This document shows, one piece after another, positions 11,891 to 24,164 of a stretch of DNA of 64,000 bases. Below the pieces are notes generated by a model that made no database searches, was not told the DNA's origin, and was given only the letters and a program-made list of their open reading frames with translations. The stretch covers positions 26,102,001-26,166,000 of the forward strand of contig NC_043001.1 of the NCBI RefSeq assembly GCF_006345805.1. Reading direction: 5' to 3'. Both the position numbers and the translations under genes were made by a program. Origin of the DNA: Octopus sinensis. Lineage: Eukaryota. Positions within the stretch are counted from its first letter, which is position 1. Each line of letters starts with the position of its first letter.

Positions 11891-12093
11891 TTCTTTTCTT
11901 TTCTTTTTTACTTGTTTCAGTCATTTGACTGCGGCCATGCTGGAGCACCGCCTTTAGTCGAGCAGATCGACCCCGGGACTTCTTTGTAAGCCCAGTACTT
12001 ATTCTATCGGTCTCTTTTTGCTGAACCGCTAAGTGACGGGGACATAAACACACCAGCATCGGTTGTCAAGCAATGCTAGGGGGACAAACACAG

Positions 12094-12143
<50 letters not shown>

Positions 12144-12300
12144 GACGGGCTTCTTTCAGTTTCCGTCTACCAAATCCACTCACAAGGCATTGGTCAGCCC
12201 AGGGCTATAGCAGAAGATACTTGCCGAAGATGCCACGCAGTGGGACTGAACCCGGAACCATGTCGTTGGTAAGCAAGCTGCTTACCACACAGCCACTCCT
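11891..12300 (-). mobile_element. SINE-A full length with central (TA)n
   Basis: The reverse strand begins aggagtggctgtgtggtaag (tRNA-like head) and ends gactgaaacaagtaaaaaag(aaaag)n; best-preserved copy, used as reference. Confidence 0.93.
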
Positions 12301-12349
12301 GTGTATATGTATATATGTAGGAAATCAATAACTGATGTCAAAGTTTGTG

Positions 12350-12540
12350 TAATGAAATAAGGGCATAAATTTGGGGGAGTTAGTCAATCGAATTGATCCC
12401 AGTACTTGACTGGTACTTTATTTTATCAGTCTGGAGAGATGCAGAGCAAAGTTGACTTTAGTGAGATTTGAACCCAAAACATAAATACCATAAATCGTTT
12501 TATCTGATACTCTAATAATTCTGCCAATTCACCACCCTGT
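12350..12540 (-). mobile_element. SINE-B copy, degenerate
   Basis: ttagtcaatcgaattgatcccagtacttgactggtactttatttt...gcaaagttgacttt...atttgaaccc...aattctgccaattcaccacc. Confidence 0.75.
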
Positions 12541-12584
12541 ACAGTAATATAATAAAAAGCACTGGGTCATTTGGCAATTTATAA

Positions 12585-12803
12585 CCCTTTAGTATCAGTT
12601 TACTCTGTCAAATGTAAAGCTTATATGTTCACATCATTTTAAACTAGTCATACAATATTTCATAGCTTTGAGATTCCGATGATGTGATTTTTTATTTTTA
12701 AAATGACAATGTCGGGTATGTGTGAAAGGCCAGATCTGACTGGTTTGAAGATAAAATAGGTAGACTATTTTGGCTGATTATGACTGGTTTATATACTAAA
12801 GGG
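12585..12803. mobile_element. piggyBac-type MITE (219 bp)
   Basis: Perfect 11-bp TIR CCCTTTAGTAT / ATACTAAAGGG, flanked by ATAA (left) and TTAA (right). Confidence 0.8.
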
Positions 12804-12849
12804 TTAAACTATTTTAAGTCAGTTTTCATATATTCTATGTTCTATAGAG

Positions 12850-12965
12850 CAGGCATGGCTGTGTTGTTCAGAAATGTATTTTTCAGTTATGTGGATTCAG
12901 GTTCAATCCTACTATGAAACACCTTGAGAAAAGTGTCTTCCACCATAGCTACAAGTAAACCAAAA
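12850..12965 (+). mobile_element. SINE-A head, degenerate
   Basis: gcaggcatggctgtgttgttcag...ggattcaggttcaatcctactatgaaacaccttgagaaaagtgtcttccaccatagct. Confidence 0.6.
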
Positions 12966-13140
12966 CCATTCATCCTTCTATCCATCTTCATAACCCACTA
13001 CTCCTGTGAGAGTCATGGGACAGAGTTCTCAGATATGCCCTCTAAAGGGTCCTAATAGAACTGTCAACAATTATTTTGGTTGCAAGACCAATAGAAGCAA
13101 TGGATATTATCTAACCAAATTTCTTGTGGTCTACCCCCAG
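12966..13140 (-). mobile_element. Expander/Rex3-like RTE 3' end, degenerate
   Basis: The reverse strand reads GGRPQEIWLDNIHCFYWSC.. and shares gacagtt..ctattaggaccct.tagagg with 47019-47276. Confidence 0.55.
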
Positions 13141-13204
13141 TGAAGTCTGGCGTAGCATAGTAAATTCCATTGTCTCGACCACAGTCGAACAATGATGATG
13201 ATGA
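13138..13204 (+). mobile_element. Short LINE (RTE-like) 3' tail with (TGA)n
   Basis: gaagtctggcgtagcatagtaaattccattgtctcgaccacagtcgaacaatgatgatgatga = EVWRSIVNSIVSTTVEQ***. Confidence 0.5.
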
Positions 13205-13380
13205 CTCTGTTGCAAGCATTTGGGCTAGATTTCTAGTGAGGATTCTGTCATAGTCTCCAGCATTCGTGGGAGGCTATGAAAAAAAATCAAGGGAGTCACT
13301 TAGGTGTTCTCTCCTGACTTAAGAAAAAAAACCCTCTTTAAAGTAAAGTCAAATTGTTCAACTTACAAACTGAAAGTAAT

Positions 13381-13548
13381 TCATCATCATCGTTTAACGT
13401 CTGCTTTCCATGCTAGCATGGGTTGGACAAATGACTGAGGGCTGGCGAACCAGATGGTCACACCAGGCTTCAATCTTGATCTGGCAGAGTTTCTACAGCT
13501 GGATGCCCTTCCTAACGCCAACCACTCTGAGAGTGTAGTCCACTCCGA
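13381..13548 (-). mobile_element. RTE 3' tail (R family), 5'-truncated
   Basis: tcatcatcatcgtttaacgtctgctttccatgctagcatgggttggac...cctaacgccaaccactctgagagtgtagt. Confidence 0.92.
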
Positions 13549-14450
13549 GATATTAACAGAAAATATATTACACACAACAGAAGCAGTATTAGATTAAAAT
13601 GGTCTGGGCAGCTAATTTCAACACCAATGATTGTTCAGTCTGTTTTCCTATATCAGAGGCAATGGATTTTGTCTTAGCAAGCAGTTGGCAGTGATTACAT
13701 GCTACTGACAAAGCCAAATAGGGCAGAAATGCACATCTGGCATTTTCCCCATCACTGTTGGACAATTTTCATCTGTTACTGATTTATTTGTGTTTCTAAA
13801 TACAGTATGTCTATATGAGATGAAAACTGAAACTCAGGATGAAAACTGAAGTAAATTTGCCTTCATCACAATGCATTTACATTAAAATATGATACCCTGA
13901 TGGCTATAATTATTAATAGACTCCTTTGAAAAGAATCTGTTTGAATTTGGTCATATCATGATTACTCTCAAATGTTTAATAAACCATTCTTTGGTCTTGT
14001 CCAATCAGAATCAAAACACAGGCAACACATGCACAATTTATGCATGCGTTAGTGCTAAAAATTATTAAGCAGTGGCTCAAACTTTTACATGGAGATTAAA
14101 ATAAAATATAAGGTCTGCAAAGTTTATTTTAAACTAGGAAACTGCTGAATGGCATAACCATTTTAGAAAAATAGTTCTAAGAGAGTAACCAAAACATTTT
14201 ATTTTTTATTTATTTGAACGAATGGTATCGTGAATCTTTTAAGTATAATCAGCACCGTATTAATGGTGTGATTGAAGGCAACAGCAAAAGTAATTTAAGA
14301 GTTATAATTAGATTTATATGGTTTTGAATATTAAAAAAAAAAAAAAAATTAACAAAACTGCACAGATATTCCACACATGAGTCATAGGTTGAGGACCTCC
14401 TTATTAATGGGTAATTTTTAGAAAGATTTTATTTTCAGAAATGTATTGAA

Positions 14451-14491
<41 letters not shown>

Positions 14492-16035
14492 CTCAAATAT
14501 ACACACAAAAATGTACATGAAGAATGATGTAAAAAAAAAAAACCATTGGAAGACAAGAGATCTAGTTAATGGTAGCTATGTATTTCGATCTGACTATGTC
14601 ACTTGCCATATTTTTCATTTCGTTGCTCGTGGCTGTTCATGACATATTTTAATGTCAAATACTGATACACATGCATAAATGCTTGGAAGGTTCTTAGTTG
14701 CTAGTGGGAGGGTAGGGGGCGAGAGAAAAGGGGGTTACTGTGTAGGGAGCTACAACACTAAAGAAAGAAAGACAAAAACAAACACTTATTCACGACTTTC
14801 CTGAACTGCTTTCAATATTTTCTTTCTGCATGCAATACATGTTTGTCATGAAGCCAGCGCTGGTATTCAACCCTGAAACAACTTTGTTGGTTTGATTAAC
14901 TGTGTTGCATTGTTAGCTGAAGTGAAGCTATTCCTTGTACAATGCATATCTGATTCAGCAAACCTGATAATTCCTGCAAGCTAAATTCATGGAATACGAA
15001 AACAAAAACTAACACGCTGATTAATTTTAGATATTGTATGAAAATGTTAGGGCAAGCCCAGCTTTAATATGTAAATAGAGATTCAATTTTTACTTTATTT
15101 TGTAATTTAGTCACTAATTTTGTTTCTTTTGATTAATTGATAAATTTAATTTTCTCTAATTTACTGTAGTCATCATAAACCAGTGCTACTATAAATATAT
15201 ATTTGTATCTGGCAAATGCTTCATCAGCAGAAAACTAAAACTATATCAGACAGCATTTATGGGGACAGGAGGGAGAGCAAAGGAGGCACATAGTGTAGAT
15301 ATTTGAGAATGCTCAACCCAATAAAGGGAAGATCAAATGTAAAAGAGTCTTATTTGGTAGTAAATAGTATAAGAATGGATGGTATGATGATATAGACTAA
15401 ATCCTGTGAAAGAAACACACACACACATGCTCACACAATAGGCATCTAATGATGCAAAGCACGTTAGCACTGAAATGACATGGTGAGCAAATGTTGCATA
15501 ACCTATAATATCGAATATTTGTGAAATGATGAATATGATTAACACAAAAGTTAATGTACCTATTATATCTAAAAGGAAGCCTGGTATGTACAAGACAGAC
15601 ATAGTCCTTCAACCATACTAGGAAAGCAGTAGCACCAAACAGAAACTCACATAGACTATAATGATACCTGCTCCCACCTCCAACCCTTGCTAGCATGAAA
15701 AATGGACATAAAAATGATGAAAATGATGATGATGATTAGATTCAGTTAGATATAGCAATCTATACAACGACAATTTCGAGTTGAAAGTAATTAAAAGTGA
15801 AGCATGCAATGCCTGGTAAAAATAATGAAATTAATATTATTTACTTGATATTAAATGTAGCCCAAGGGATACATTGAACGTAGATGTACTGAATGCTTAA
15901 GAACTTTAGGCATCACAGGTTGTATACTGTGGGAATTATGAAAAATGGGTTAGTAAAGAATAGTGTCTTGTATTTGGCAGTGACTAAAATTGAGGCAAAT
16001 CAAAGAAAACCTGGATAATGCAGTAAGGCCTGAGC

Positions 16036-16592
16036 TTTTTTTTTTTTTCAATTCAATTCAATTTTTATTAGCTCAAAAAGCAAAAGCAAGGCCATGTAGG
16101 GGGACAGGGAGTTATGTACAGAGAGGGTGGTCATACAAAGAATTCAGGCCATTTCTGGTCAAGAGAGACTTTGAACTGAGCGGTTGTCGGCATCTTCACT
16201 GTCTTGTTCAGCAGCTTATTCCACGGATCCACAACCTGGACAGAGAAAGACCCTCTCCTTCAATTGAGATGAAATCGTCGTAGATAGAGCTTTTTGGAGT
16301 GACCCCGCAGCCCACGCTCTGGAGCAGGAGTGAAGAACAGCTCTTTCAAGAGGTTACACTTTCTGCTTATGATGTTGTGAGCGAAAATGAGATCACCACG
16401 GCAGCGGCGTTTTTCGAGAGAATAAAGGTCGAGCGTCCTCAGCCTTTCTTCATAAGACAAATGCTTGAGACCAAGAACCATGCGGGCAGCCAGCTTCTGG
16501 ACTCTTTTGAGATGATGTCTTTGAGGAGATAAGAAGAGGCTTGAATCCCTTACTCTAATATGGGTCTCAGCAGCGTGACATAGAGCGATAGG
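16036..16592 (-). mobile_element. CR1-clade LINE, 5'-truncated (ORF2 C-terminus, 3' UTR, tail)
   Basis: HHLKRVQKLAARMVLGLKHLSYEERLRTLDLYSLEKRRCRGDLIFAHNII...LRGHSKKLYLRRFHLN*RRGSFSVQVVDPWNKL...FV*; then AATAAA, (AATTG)3 and poly(A). The YEERL..L.LYSLEKRR.RGDLI motif is typical of CR1. Confidence 0.92.
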
Positions 16593-17399
16593 AATATGGC
16601 TAAATGAATTAAATTGATTATATAGAAGAAGAAGGGGAAAAAAATTGATACAGTTGAGCAAACAAATTCTGTCAATGTCAGATTTTAAAATCTGATGATG
16701 AGGAAAATTACATGATATTAGAATAAAACTATGTAGTCTAATAGTCTAGCAAGGAAACAATGACATGTACAGAATTCTTATGTTTCTGACTTTTCCAATT
16801 GTGTAAAAAAAAAAATACTTTCAGAAAATGAAAAAAAAAAAAAATGGTTAAAATATTCCTTCAAGTGAAACAATCAATTTAAAAGGCTCTGCATCTGGGC
16901 AAAGTTAAATAATGCAAGCTGTGAAAGAATAACCTAATTTCCTGTCATGGCTGTTGAAGACGTCTGATATCAAAGCAGCAGAGATTAACAGTGAAAAAGT
17001 TATTAAAAGACAGAGGTAGAAAAAAGGAGAGGAAAAAAAGAAGAAAAAAAAGCAGGGTGCTTTCTTATCTCTTTAAGCAATGGGGTGCAATGCAGCAATG
17101 GCAGGATGCTACAGAAGAGTTTTGATCTAATGATGCAGCATTCCGCATGGAAATCTATTAAAAAAAAAATCATCCTCATTATTATTCTGCTATTAACTCA
17201 TCTACACGTGCTTTGAAAGTCTTAATAGTTTGTGTTGTCTTCAATAGAATTTATATAATCTGGTAGACTTTATTGAGAGAGAAAAAAAAATTAGAAGAAC
17301 ATGAAATAGGAAAACAAAGATATTGATGGAAAAAGAATAAACAGCAATATAATCACCTTTGTCAACAACAAAATATATATGCATGCATATATCATCACC

Positions 17400-18305
17400 A
17401 CTACCACCACCACCACAACCACCACAACCATCATCATTATCATCATCATCACCACCACCACCATCATCATCATTATCATTTAATGTCCATTTCCCACCCT
17501 GACATGGGTTGAACAGTTTGACAAGAGCTAGCCACCTGGAGGGCTGCCCAGGCTTCAACCATCTGTTTTGGCATGGTTTCTATGGCTTGATGCCCTTCCT
17601 AATGCCAACCACTTTACAGAGTGTACCGGGAGCTTTATGCATGACACTGACACAGGTGCTTAAGGGTGCTCTTTAACTGGCACCAAACATGTCCTTTTAT
17701 ATATGGTCCTGAATGGGTACTTTTCTACATGATACTGGTATGGGTGCTTTTTATGTGGCATAGACATGAGTACTTTTTACATGGTGCCATCAGAGGTGCT
17801 TATTATGTAGAACCAGCATCTGTAAGCCAACAAGGCAAGGACTTCTTGGCTGAGAGAGTCACATTCCTGTATGAATAGATGGCCATGATTTTACCTATCT
17901 TGACATCTCTTCTCATCTATAGCAAATTGCCAGAAGTCTTGCCCTCTTGCCTTCTCCTCAGTGAGGCGCAATGTCTCAAGATCTTTTTTCATCACTTCTT
18001 CCTGGGTCTAACCCTTCCACATGCTCCCTTCGCAATTAGAGATTGGTACTTCTTCATGCAATTGTCCTCATCTGTATGCATCACATGACCATATCACCAC
18101 AGTTGTCTGATGCCTCTTATACCCAGTTTTTTTCTTAAATCATTAACACTCTGTTGTACATGCACACAGTCATTACCCATCCAGTGGAACATAATGGCTT
18201 CATTTCTTTCAAGCCTTTGCATGTTCTCTTTAGTCACAGCCCATGTCTTGCTACCATATAGCATAGTTGTTCGTACACAGGCACCAAACAATTTGTTCTA
18301 TATTT
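17400..18305 (-). mobile_element. RTE-clade LINE 3' portion: RT C-terminus joined to an R-family 3' UTR and (GAT)n tail
   Basis: ACVRTTMLYGSKTWAVTKENMQRLERNEAIMFHWM...LRKKLGIRGIRQLW*YGHVMHTDEDNCMKK...GRVRPRK, followed by the tail ...cccatgtcagggtgggaaatggacattaaatgataatgatgatg. Confidence 0.9.
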
Positions 18306-18371
18306 AAAGGATGAGGATTTATGTACATTATTTACATTTGACGGATATTTGTCCTCATCTTGTTTGCTGTT

Positions 18372-18414
18372 AACACGTTTCGGCTGATATACCCTCCAGT
18401 CTTCATCAGGTGTC
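18372..18414 (-). ncRNA. Minimal type I hammerhead ribozyme motif (degenerate)
   Basis: GACAC CUGAUGA A GACUG gaggguauau CAGCC GAAA CG UGUU; core intact, but one stem II mismatch and a 2-nt loss at the cleavage site. Confidence 0.6.
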
Positions 18415-18624
18415 TTGGGGAAATTTCAAACCTGGGTTCGAACTCATGGGCATATGGCGTAGTGGTTAAGAGCACGGACTACTAACCCCAAGATTCCGAG
18501 TTCAATTCCAGGCAGTGACCTGAGTAGTAGCAACAGCAGCAGCGGCAGCAATGCCGCCGCTGCCGACAACGACGACGACAAAAAATACTTTAGGAATAAG
18601 AACCCAGGTTCAAAATTTCCCCAA

Positions 18625-18670
18625 GACACCTGATGAATGCTGGAGGGTATATCAGCCAAAACGTTCTGTT
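18625..18670 (+). ncRNA. Minimal type I hammerhead ribozyme motif (degenerate)
   Basis: GACAC CUGAUGA A UGCUG gaggguauau CAGCC aAAA CG UU CUGUU; the G12>A core mutation predicts inactivity. Confidence 0.55.
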
Positions 18671-18821
18671 AATAACAAACGATGAGGACAAATATCCATC
18701 AAATGTAAAAATGTAAATAATCATACAGACATTGTTCCCTGATAGTAGCACAATTTTCTAAGATATTAATAATGTGCTGATTTACACAGCTAATCATCAT
18801 CATCCTCCTCCTCCTCCTCCT

Positions 18822-19135
18822 CATCATCATCATCATCGTTTAATGTCCGTTTTCCATGCTGGCATGGGTTGGATGGTTTGACTGAGGTCTGGAAAATCAG
18901 CAGCTGCACCAGGCTCCAATCTGATCGGGTAATGTTTCTATAGTTGGATGTGCTTCCTAATGCCAACTACCCCAAGAGTGTAGTAGGTGCTTTTTACATA
19001 CCACTGGAACTGGAGCCAATCAGGTGGACTTGGCATCGATCAGGTTCAGCTAGTGCTTTTTACATGCCACTGGCACAGGAGCCAGTCAGGGGGCACTGGC
19101 ATCAGCCACATTTGGATGGTGCTTTTTACGTACCA
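18822..19135 (-). mobile_element. RTE 3' tail (R family) with internal repeat units
   Basis: (CAT)n-cgtttaatgtccgttttccatgctggcatggg... plus three gtgcttttta(c)..ccac units. Confidence 0.9.
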
Positions 19136-19742
19136 CCTATTATCATTCAAAATTGGTATGAAAAGCACAAAAGTGAAATAGACCCCTTGGATTGGTCTTT
19201 ACAATTACTGGAACTCAATATAATCGATCATTTATAATGCATTTTGGAGGTTCAAGTAAGCCTCTTTCATCTGCCATCATCTTTGCAAGAGCTAAAGTAA
19301 ATTTCACGTTAAGAATGGCTCAAAATTCTAACAACTGTTCAGAACTTGTAAAAGTCAGTTCTTTTATGTATTAAAGCTATGATTGATGCAAAAGATGAAT
19401 CAATTCCATAATAATAAAACTTCCATTTAACAAGGTGTTTTCATTATTTTATCCAACCTGAGAATAGACAGACAGACAGACAAACAGATAAATAGATTAA
19501 TGGGTTTGGGTAAGAGTCATGACCATGGCTACAGACCCTCTGAAACAGTTTAGTTAATGCGATCATTGTTCTCTCTCACTCTCCTTTTTTCTCTCTCTCT
19601 CTCTCTCTCTCTATGTATACAGCATGAAGATGTACGCAATATATAAAGTAGAGTCTCATCATTGTGAAAAATAGAAGAGAACTTAGAATATCAACTAAGG
19701 AAAAATCACAGCTTCAAATAAACATGTGTGTGTGTGTGGAGG

Positions 19743-19850
<108 letters not shown>

Positions 19851-19944
19851 AAACATCACATTTCAAAATCTTCAAGTCATGTACTTTGGATATTAAGGTC
19901 TACATTTCTTAGGCATATATTATGATAGGGAGAACAAAACTTTG

Positions 19945-20680
19945 AGCTGCAGGCTGGTACCTCTTACTTCTTTCAGATCATATTTCTTAGTCTTTCAAAA
20001 TGCTATAGATGCCAGAGCAACCTGTTTTTTCACATTCTCTGATCCACTTTGTAGTATACTGCCAAGAACTAATTCTTTGCTGTATCATACTTCAGAATCA
20101 CCAAGTGTAATAATTCCTAGCTAAATGTCAAGATATTACATTTTGTAACAATTATTTCATACCATATTTTTTACATGCTTCACATCTCCACGTTTTTATC
20201 TCTCATAACAATTGAAAAAGTTGAAAAGACTGGGGGAGAGCATTTAACCTTGTTCACACCCGTCAGACCAATATGTCACTTGACCATCTATGACCATAGA
20301 ACACTCAGTACTGTTATACAGTGCCTCTATAATTTACTCTTAGGGTCTACACGTATCCCACCCCCAAACCATCCTCCATTGAGCCTTCTTCTAAATCCTA
20401 TCAAAGGCAACTTTTAAAGCCAATGAAACTGAAATGTATAAGGGAACTTGATGTCCTTTTGCATTTTCAATTATCTGTTTGACTATAAAAAGGGTACTGA
20501 CTGTACCTCTACTAGGTCTAAAATTGAATTGGTTCTCCCTTAATAGTTCTTTTGGTTTTACTTTAATTTTGTCAAGAAGGATTCTTTTGAAAACTTTTCC
20601 TGGTATTGACAAGAAGGAAATTCTCTTGAAATTTTTTTTTCTGGTTTCTCCTGTCACCCGTTTCATATATTCAAGTTATA
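19945..20680 (-). mobile_element. RTE-clade reverse transcriptase remnant (central RT domains)
   Basis: NFKRISFLSIPGKVFKRILLDKIK...LLRENQFNFRPSRGTVSTLFIVKQIIENAKGHQVPLY...KVAFDRI, then a decayed GVDPK..LYNSTECSMVIDGQ..TGV.QG.MLSPSLFN and a downstream region. Confidence 0.85.
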
Positions 20681-20871
20681 TGCATATGGGTTCAGCCAGT
20701 TGGATTCTTCTTTGTTTTTCATGCTATGTTAGATAATATGTGTAAACATATTAACCATGTGCTGTTTACTGTTCTCCTGCTGTTGACATCTTGCATTTGC
20801 AATATTTGGGGCTAATAGCCCGTAAGGTGCCCTTCTAGAGCAGATGTACTCATTTTCAACTGAGTGAACAT

Positions 20872-20899
20872 GCACACACACACACACACACACCACACA

Positions 20900-20944
<45 letters not shown>

Positions 20945-21064
20945 ATGCAAGTGAACATCCATGCCAGCAGGAAAAGCAGACATAAATGATAATGAACACA
21001 CACACACATCTACATACACATTTAAGCACATATGCACACACACACATATATATAGATACATACA

Positions 21065-21138
<74 letters not shown>

Positions 21139-21182
21139 TGCATGTGTGTGCACATAAACACACATTACATACACACATATAT
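20872..21182. repeat. (CA)n, (TA)n, (TG)n microsatellite cluster
   Basis: Directly visible. Confidence 0.9.
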
Positions 21183-24164
21183 AGCCATTCAGAAATACAG
21201 TCATTTTTATTTCATACAAAATAGAGTAAAAAAAAAGACATTAATATCTGCATCTTCAAAAGGCAGCCACAGTGATTACCATTATGCAATGTAAAAAAAA
21301 ACCAAAAAAAAAAGAAAAAAGAACAAAGAAAAAGAGAGTGTAAATTTTAAAATAACACTGACAGAAGGTTATGAAGCATACAACCTCCTCCACCGTCACG
21401 CAAAAGAAGAAAAGGGCACACAAATGATGAAAATAATATGGCATATGCCTGAATTGAGGAAAGAGAATTGAAAATAAATACTGGGAGGAAAATATACAAA
21501 AATGCAAATGTCTGCAACAGCTCAAAGGCATAGACAAAGTTGAGAGCTGATAAATATTGGAAAAGGAAAGGGGATGCAGAAGATGTAATGTGGAAAGAAG
21601 AAAAGAAGGAAAGAATATGTTGAAACAGTGAGATAAAAGATGTAGATAGTCATGAAGAATAAAGGTAGAGAGAAGGGAAAGAAACAGCAAGGGGGAAAGT
21701 TGCTAGAAGGGAGAAAGTAGGAAGAATGGATAGAAGCAAAAAAGAAAGAAAGAAAGAAAAATGGAAAGGAAGGGTAGAGAATTTCATTATTTAGGGCAGT
21801 ATGACCAGAATATTTATTCATTTATATGGATTCTGAGTTGAATATTGGGAAAGCTATAAAGCTAAGAAATATCCACAAATAAAGTAATTACCTGGAAAAA
21901 AGAATTCTTTGAAGAACCAACTTTACAATTGCAAGCTTATCTTTTAAAGCTTTATATTCAGAGACTTTTTAATTTCTAATCAGAACGAAGTTCCTTGTAA
22001 AAACCTTTATCTCTTTTAATACTTAGCGCTTTCCATTGATGAATATATCTAATGTAACTGGCAGAATCCTAGATAGATATTCATGAAACTATTAATGATA
22101 GAATGATAGACAATGGTGATAGGCAGACAATTAGATGAATTTCTATTTTTTTTAGAAGATAAATTTACAATTAAAATATTTTAATGCACAATATACATAC
22201 ATGTATATGCATGTATGTATGTAGTAATAAGTGAGGTGTTGAAAAATGAAAGTAGACTCAGCGTGGGTTCATTACAATGTCTTGGTCTAAAGTGACATGA
22301 ACAGGGAAACAAATTCTATTAATTAAAAAAGAACAAAGAAGCTTGAAAATATTTTCGGAAAGACAATACTTTCTTTCTAATTATCATCTTTTTGCTTTGC
22401 CAAAAGCATTAGCAATGTAAATGACAAGATATAGTTTCAAAAAAGATTGCTTAGAGAAAAAAAATGCAACAGTAATTTTTGTTAAAAAATATATTCAAAA
22501 CTAAGAAGCAATCAGTGCAAAAACAATGCTTTGTTCTATTATTTACCTATTATTAAACAAAACAACAGCAATAGGGTAATGTTTTTTAGTCCCTGGCTTT
22601 GTTGTAGGTATGTAAATGCTTGAATTTGCATACTTCACTAAAACATGACACTTTTATCTTCAAAATAAAGATATTAAAAGTTTATGCACTTCAGAACTAA
22701 AGCTTGTAAATAATAGTAGAACTATATATCTCTTTGAAGAAGAAAAAAGAAAAAAATTTCATTTCTAAAGATTTTTCCATGAATTACATTGCAACAAGCT
22801 ACATGTTAAATTTAATTAATCACAGACCTACTTTCAGATTCTCATTAAATTTAATAGTATACTAAATTTACAGACCATATTAAAAGCCAAAAAGAAACCA
22901 CTGGTAATAAATGTAACCTGAGGAAGTTAACATTTAAGAGTATGTATCAAAACAGAGGAATGGAACAATTCAATGTATTATTGTAGGTCAGGTTGATCAA
23001 ATGTCATGGTATTTGCTGACTAAGGAATAGGGAAAAATAATAAGAGATTTCAACAAGAATGATAGACATCAATTCAGCTGTTTACTAATGGGGGGAAAAA
23101 TTCTTCACCTCAACTGAACCACTTTCAACAATATTCACCTCATGGCATTCAAGATTTTCCAATGCATTTTAATGCCATCAAGATGCTTTACAGTCAATAA
23201 TGTTGTCAGAAGTGACATTTCTAATGGTAAAATTCCTCAGCATGTAGCTAATGGCAAAAATTCCACTGATTCTGCTTATGGAGAGAATATTTTATTCTGT
23301 TATGATTATCATTCTTTCATGTTTTTGTGGTTTTGTTTTTCCAAACTTCTATACTGTTTTCTCAAAAGAAGAAATAAAAAAAAATTCCCCAATAAATATA
23401 AGCAGAAAAGCCAAACTGACATTCCTGGAATTTGGCTAATAGTTTTGCAGGGGAAAGAGAAATATTATTATATTTATTAATGAAGATTTGTTTTTGCTCT
23501 TGTTTATAGCAGTTTTATACAACAAACTTGACATTTAGCTGCCAACATTATATTACTTTTACACCTAAAAACTGGAGAGAATGAAACAAGACATGTATAA
23601 ACAGGAAAAATATAACATTTACCAAACAATAATAATTTTATAACCATCAATGCAAAAATGACCAGATAAAACTGCAGTGACAAAAATAATATATTTATGT
23701 AGGGAGTATTGATTGATAAACCAGAGAGACTTGTTCATATTAGAATTTGTTGTCATTCTATATCAACTTGGCAATTTTTTTTTTTTTTTTTTTTTTTTTT
23801 ATTGCTGGAAAAATAAATTTGAATATTTGAATATGCATTTTTTTGAGCAATAGTTTCTATCAATGGAATGCTTCAGTTTGAAAATCTAAAGCAAGTATAA
23901 CAAGGGATATTGCCTAAAATTTTTTTCTGATAAAAATCTGTGATCTATCACTACAAGATATAGAAATAGAGAAAGAATTTTTCTTCAATATCATTCCATC
24001 AGAGTAGCGAAATCAATAAGAATTGATAACAAAATATTTGCATACATGTACACACCTTTGGAAGGAAAAATATTAAAAAGATGTTATAAGCTAATCTGTT
24101 TCAAACAATTAAAGAGCCTCAAACTATTACGTGATTATTAACAACATATCTCTCCTGAAAATAT

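Larger units (their letters stand above)
18321..18725 (+). mobile_element. tRNA-headed element with Penelope-type hammerhead tail and inverted 5' copy of the tail
   Basis: About 120-bp inverted arms (18321-18439 vs 18600-18721) flank an A box TGGCGTAGTGG (18455-65), B box GAGTTCAATTCC (18498-509) and a trinucleotide linker. Confidence 0.8.

Noticed and set aside
16260-16661. 133-aa ORF as a host gene exon
   Set aside because: It is the C-terminus of CR1 ORF2 with an internal stop, followed by AATAAA, (AATTG)n and poly(A).
23142-23480. 112-aa plus-strand ORF in non-repetitive DNA
   Set aside because: No recognisable domain, AT-rich codons and no convincing splice signals; within chance length for 64 kb.
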